NCBI GenBank assembly: GCA_963716725.1
Contig: CAVQUB010000009.1
Location: forward strand, 224,001 to 288,000
Length of the DNA: 64,000 bases
Reading direction: 5' to 3'
Origin: an uncultured delta proteobacterium
GTDB lineage: Bacteria > Myxococcota_A > Polyangia > Polyangiales > Polyangiaceae
Shown: positions 60,300-64,000 of the stretch, one piece after another
Position numbering within the stretch: the first letter of the stretch is position 1
How the letters are laid out: the number at the start of each line of letters is the position of its first letter
Notes under the pieces: generated by a model
The model's database searches: none
Told to the model about the DNA's origin: nothing
What the model saw: the letters and a program-made list of their open reading frames with translations, nothing else
Made by a program: the position numbers and the translations under genes

Positions 60300-61889
60300 A
60301 TGGCGGATTCCATCCCGCCCGAAAGCATCCCCCAGAGCCTGCCCCCGCCCCGCAACGTCCGGCACGTGATCGCGGTCGGTGGGGGCCGTGGCGGCGTCGG
60401 CAAGAGCGTGCTCGCGGTGAACCTCGCGGTGTACCTGGCCCAGCTCGGCCGATCGGTGATGCTCGTCGATGCCGATCCAGCCGGCGCCGAGCTGCACACG
60501 ATGCTGGACGTGGACGTGCCGCTCGGCATGCCCGGCGGGCGCAAGGACTCCGCGGACGACGACCTCACGCCGGTCTCGACACCCATCCCGGGACTCTCGC
60601 TCTTGCCCCAGCTCTACACCGCTGGGTCTACCGTTCCCATTCGTCCCGGCCGCAAACCGCGGTGGGCGCGCGGACTCCGCCAGCTCGACGTCGACTACGT
60701 GCTGCTCGATCTCGGTGCCGGTACGGGACCTGCGACGCTCGATCTATTTCTGAGCGCCGACACGGGGCTGTGCGTGACGGCGCCCGAGCCGCCCAGCGTC
60801 GAAGCGACCTATCGCTTCGCACGAGCGCTCTTCCAGCGTCAGATCCGCCGCACTCTGATCAAAGACCGATTCAAGATGCGGCTGGTGGAGCGCGCCCAGT
60901 CCGAGCTGCCGCCGCTTCCCGCGCCCCAAGACCTGGTGCGCGCCATCGCTCGCTACGACGTCGCGGTGGGTGAGCTCGCAGCGAACGAGCTCGCGAAGCT
61001 GACCCTGCGAGTCGCCGTCAACGGGGTGCGCCTGCGAACCGACTCGGATCTAGGTCCCACGTTCTGCGACATGGCCCAGCGCTACCTGGGCATCCACTTC
61101 GACTACGTCGGTCACATCGAGCAAGACGACGGAGTCTGGCTGTCGGTGGTCCGGCGCCGCCCCCTGCTGATCGACAGCCCTACCAGCAAGAGCGCGCGCA
61201 ACATCGAGCGCATTGCCCGGCGGGTGCTCGCGGTCTCGACCACCCGCGACCAATCCCGCGACCTGGCGCCTATCCCGCTGGTACCGAAGGAGCTGAGCCT
61301 CTACGACGTGCTCTGGACCCACCGCGGGGCCACCGATGAAGAAGTGCGACGAGCGTTCAAGCGCCAACGCGATCTGTACCAACCCGGGAGCCTGCCGCTG
61401 ACGTCGCTCTTGAACGAGGCCGCGCTGCGGAAAGAACAGGCTCGCGTCGAAGAGGCGCACGACACGCTGCTCGATCCCATCCGGCGGCGTGCCTACGACA
61501 TTTCATTCTTCCCCGAGGCGAGCGAAGAGCGTGCCGTCCGCCCTGCCCCCCTCGACAGCGCGCTCGAGGCCGAGCGCGCCATGCTGCGGCAAGAACTCTC
61601 ACGCGAGATCAACGCCGAGACGGAGTTCACAGGACGGCTGATCGCCAAAGTTCGCGAATCCCAGGGCATCGAGATCGAGGAAATCGCCGACCACACCAAG
61701 ATCGCTGCGTCGCACTTGCGCGCCATCGAAGCCGAGACCTTCGGCGACCTGCCGGCGCTGGTGTACACCCGCGGGTTCGTGCAGCAAGTAGCCAAGTACC
61801 TCAAGCTCGATCCGGCCCAAGTGTGTCGCACCTATCTCCGGCGCATGCGTCACTGGCGCGGGACGAGCGGCGGGGAATCCAACGCCTGA
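60300..61889 (+). CDS. MinD/FlhG-like P-loop ATPase fused to J-like domain and RodZ-type HTH
   Basis: GGRGGVGKS, LVDAD, LDLGAG; LYDVL...EVRRAF...AHDTLLDP.RRRAYD; GRLIAKVRESQGI..EEIA..TKI...L.AIE.....LPA.VY.RGFV. Confidence 0.88.
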   Translation: MADSIPPESIPQSLPPPRNVRHVIAVGGGRGGVGKSVLAVNLAVYLAQLGRSVMLVDADPAGAELHTMLDVDVPLGMPGGRKDSADDDLTPVSTPIPGLSLLPQLYTAGSTVPIRPGRKPRWARGLRQLDVDYVLLDLGAGTGPATLDLFLSADTGLCVTAPEPPSVEATYRFARALFQRQIRRTLIKDRFKMRLVERAQSELPPLPAPQDLVRAIARYDVAVGELAANELAKLTLRVAVNGVRLRTDSDLGPTFCDMAQRYLGIHFDYVGHIEQDDGVWLSVVRRRPLLIDSPTSKSARNIERIARRVLAVSTTRDQSRDLAPIPLVPKELSLYDVLWTHRGATDEEVRRAFKRQRDLYQPGSLPLTSLLNEAALRKEQARVEEAHDTLLDPIRRRAYDISFFPEASEERAVRPAPLDSALEAERAMLRQELSREINAETEFTGRLIAKVRESQGIEIEEIADHTKIAASHLRAIEAETFGDLPALVYTRGFVQQVAKYLKLDPAQVCRTYLRRMRHWRGTSGGESNA

Positions 61890-61904
61890 CGCCCCGTTTT
61901 ACTG

Positions 61905-63305
61905 ATGCGATCTGCTCGAGTCGACCGCGGCGATCTCGCCTTCACGCTGGCCGTGACGGTGATCGCGCTCCTGCCACGGCTGTTCGTGGCCGTCGCGTGG
62001 GCGCGAGAGCCGGTCTGGGACGGCCACTACTATCACTTTGGTGCGACACGCATCGCCGCGGGCCTCGGCTACTCCGAAGACGTGATGGTCGCCGGGCATC
62101 CGGTGTGGAAAGCGTGGTGCCACTACCCGGTCGGGCTCTCGGGGCTGCTCGGCCTCGTCTACAAAGTCTTCGGCAGCTCCATCGCGGTCGCACCCATCGT
62201 CAACGCCCTGCTCGGCGCCTTGCTCGTGGGCGTGGTGCACCGGCTGGCACGGCTGGTTCTGAGCGAGAACCGCTCGCGCATCGCCGCGACAATCGCGGCG
62301 CTGCACCCGGGCCTCATCGCCTACTCGGCGGTGGTGATGACCGAACCACTGGCCGCGCTCCTGATCGCGGTCGCGGCCCTCGTCGCGGGGCTCACCCGTC
62401 CGCGCTGGGGCGGTGCTCTCGCCGCCGGTGCGGTGCTGGGCCTGGCCACCTTGGTGCGTCCGTCGACCCTGCTCGCGCTGCCCCTGCTCGCCGTCATGGG
62501 CGGGCGACCTTGGTGGAGAGCCATGGCGCTCGCCGCCGTGGCCTCCGTGGCTGCGCTCGTGGTCGTGTCGCCGTGGACCTTGCGCAACTGCCGCGTGATG
62601 GATGGTTGCGCGCTGGTCTCGACCAACGGCGGCTGGAACCTCGCCATTGGTGCCGTCAGCGACACCGGACGCTTCGACACTCTGCGCGGCGCCGACGGCT
62701 GCCCCAACGTCAGCGGGCAGGTGCAGCAAGATCGCTGCTGGGCGGCCGTGGGCCGGGCGCGCATCGCGGCCGATCCCTGGCGTTGGCTCGCGCTGGTGCC
62801 GAAGAAGCTCGGACACACCTTCGACCACGAGTCATTCGCCGTGGAGTACCTACGGGAGGCCGACCCACATTCGTGGCCCGAGTCACGCCGGGTAGCGGGG
62901 CGGGGTTTGCTCACCTTGTTCCATCGGCTGCTCTTGATCGGCGCCGCGCTCTCCGTCGTGAGCTACGTCCCCTTCGGCAGTCGCGAGAGCAAGAAGCAGT
63001 ATTCTCAGTCGGCACTCCTCTTGGCGATCATCGCCGCGGCGACCTACGCCTTTGCCGACATCAGACACCCCTTCTTCTGGTTGCCCACGCTCTTGCCGCT
63101 GGTAGCGCTCTTGCCGATCCCCGGTCGACCCGCCCAGGGCCCGGTGGGGCGCTACCTGCTTTGCCTGATCGCTGCCACCGCCCTGACGCACGCGGTGTTC
63201 TTCGGGGACGACCGCTATCACTTGGTGGTGACGCCGGTCTTCTGCATCTTCGCCGCGGCAGCCCTGCGCAAAGAAACCGACCGCGCGGCGGCGACCGCCG
63301 TCTGA
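61905..63305 (+). CDS. GT-C (family 39/ArnT-like) membrane glycosyltransferase
   Basis: WDGHYY, YPVG, MTEPL, LVRP, PWTLRN, STNGGWNL, RYH; many TM helices. Confidence 0.82.
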   Translation: MRSARVDRGDLAFTLAVTVIALLPRLFVAVAWAREPVWDGHYYHFGATRIAAGLGYSEDVMVAGHPVWKAWCHYPVGLSGLLGLVYKVFGSSIAVAPIVNALLGALLVGVVHRLARLVLSENRSRIAATIAALHPGLIAYSAVVMTEPLAALLIAVAALVAGLTRPRWGGALAAGAVLGLATLVRPSTLLALPLLAVMGGRPWWRAMALAAVASVAALVVVSPWTLRNCRVMDGCALVSTNGGWNLAIGAVSDTGRFDTLRGADGCPNVSGQVQQDRCWAAVGRARIAADPWRWLALVPKKLGHTFDHESFAVEYLREADPHSWPESRRVAGRGLLTLFHRLLLIGAALSVVSYVPFGSRESKKQYSQSALLLAIIAAATYAFADIRHPFFWLPTLLPLVALLPIPGRPAQGPVGRYLLCLIAATALTHAVFFGDDRYHLVVTPVFCIFAAAALRKETDRAAATAV

Positions 63306-63306
63306 T

Positions 63307-64000
63307 TCACAGGCATTCTTCTTTGTAGACGCGCACGCCGCTGCCGTCGGTGCGGTAGGGCGGCAGGCAGTCGGGGGAATGGCCGCTGGCCGACGAGACC
63401 GGCGCCGGGGGCCTGCCTCGCGTCGGCGAGGCCACGGGGAGGGTTCGCAGTGCGCGTCTCCCGACGGCCGCTGGCGCTTCGGTGTTGAGCACTGCGCGCG
63501 CCGAGCTGGACTCGGCCGGGAGCGAATCGCTAGGCAAGCGCGGGGCCACCGGCAACGGATCCGTCCGTTCCGCCGCGGGCACCCGCTCAGGCGTGGCGTG
63601 CGGCCGAGTGAACTCGCGCAGCCCGAAGATGGCGCTCACGGCCAGCAAGGCCCCGAGCACCAGCGCGGTGTTCCACGAGCTCCTCGCGCCGGGCGCGGCG
63701 GACGCGCTGACCCCTGGCTGCGAGTCGGTGACGGCCGCAGCGCGCTCGGTCACCGGCTCGACGCCTTGCACGACGCGAGGGGGTGCACGCAGACTCGAGC
63801 GCACACCGCGCTCGAGGCGGCTCACCAGTTTCGCCCGCTCATCCAAGATGGGCTGGCCGAGTCGGGAAACCCAGTCGCGAACCTCCCAACGCGGAGCTGG
63901 GGGGCAAGCCGCCGCCAACGCGCGGGCGAAATCGAGGGCCGAGGCGTGACGCCCCTTCGCGGCGTAGCAGAGCGCGCGGGTGATCTCAGTCTCCACTGCC
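63307..64000 (-). CDS. C-terminal part of a membrane Ser/Thr kinase-like protein (5' end outside the window)
   Basis: RAL....GRHASALDFARAL (kinase C-lobe end), TM helix, Pro/Ala linker, CLPPYRTDGSGVRVYKEECL tail. Confidence 0.7.
   Translation of the reverse strand, partial: AVETEITRALCYAAKGRHASALDFARALAAACPPAPRWEVRDWVSRLGQPILDERAKLVSRLERGVRSSLRAPPRVVQGVEPVTERAAAVTDSQPGVSASAAPGARSSWNTALVLGALLAVSAIFGLREFTRPHATPERVPAAERTDPLPVAPRLPSDSLPAESSSARAVLNTEAPAAVGRRALRTLPVASPTRGRPPAPVSSASGHSPDCLPPYRTDGSGVRVYKEECL

Overview
High-GC, densely coding bacterial DNA, most consistent with a myxobacterium of the Polyangiales/Sorangiineae type. This is inferred from a MYXO-CTERM protein, an AgmX/PglI-type domain, many Cys/Gly-rich lipoproteins and Ser/Thr kinases. 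About 52 CDS are supported. Core genes: a fabD / enoyl-reductase / fabH / fabA / fabZ operon, tsaD, a hydroxyacyl-CoA dehydrogenase plus thiolase pair, cutA, cysH, uvrA, a DEDDh exonuclease and a DsbA-like protein. Signalling: cNMP-GGDEF, PilZ, FHA, two hybrid histidine kinases, a probable pseudokinase and a MinD-J-HTH fusion. There are several membrane glycosyltransferase-like genes and many secreted proteins of unknown function. The most notable non-routine element is a REP-associated (RAYT-type) HUH tyrosine transposase with a C-terminal HTH, directly preceded by a 51-bp hairpin-forming tandem array with alternating unit variants. Two single-base frameshifts (fabZ and a large trypsin/TSP3 protease) and a Kazal-domain relic are visible. 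No rRNA, tRNA or CRISPR array was found. All calls come from reading motifs by eye; no database searches were run.
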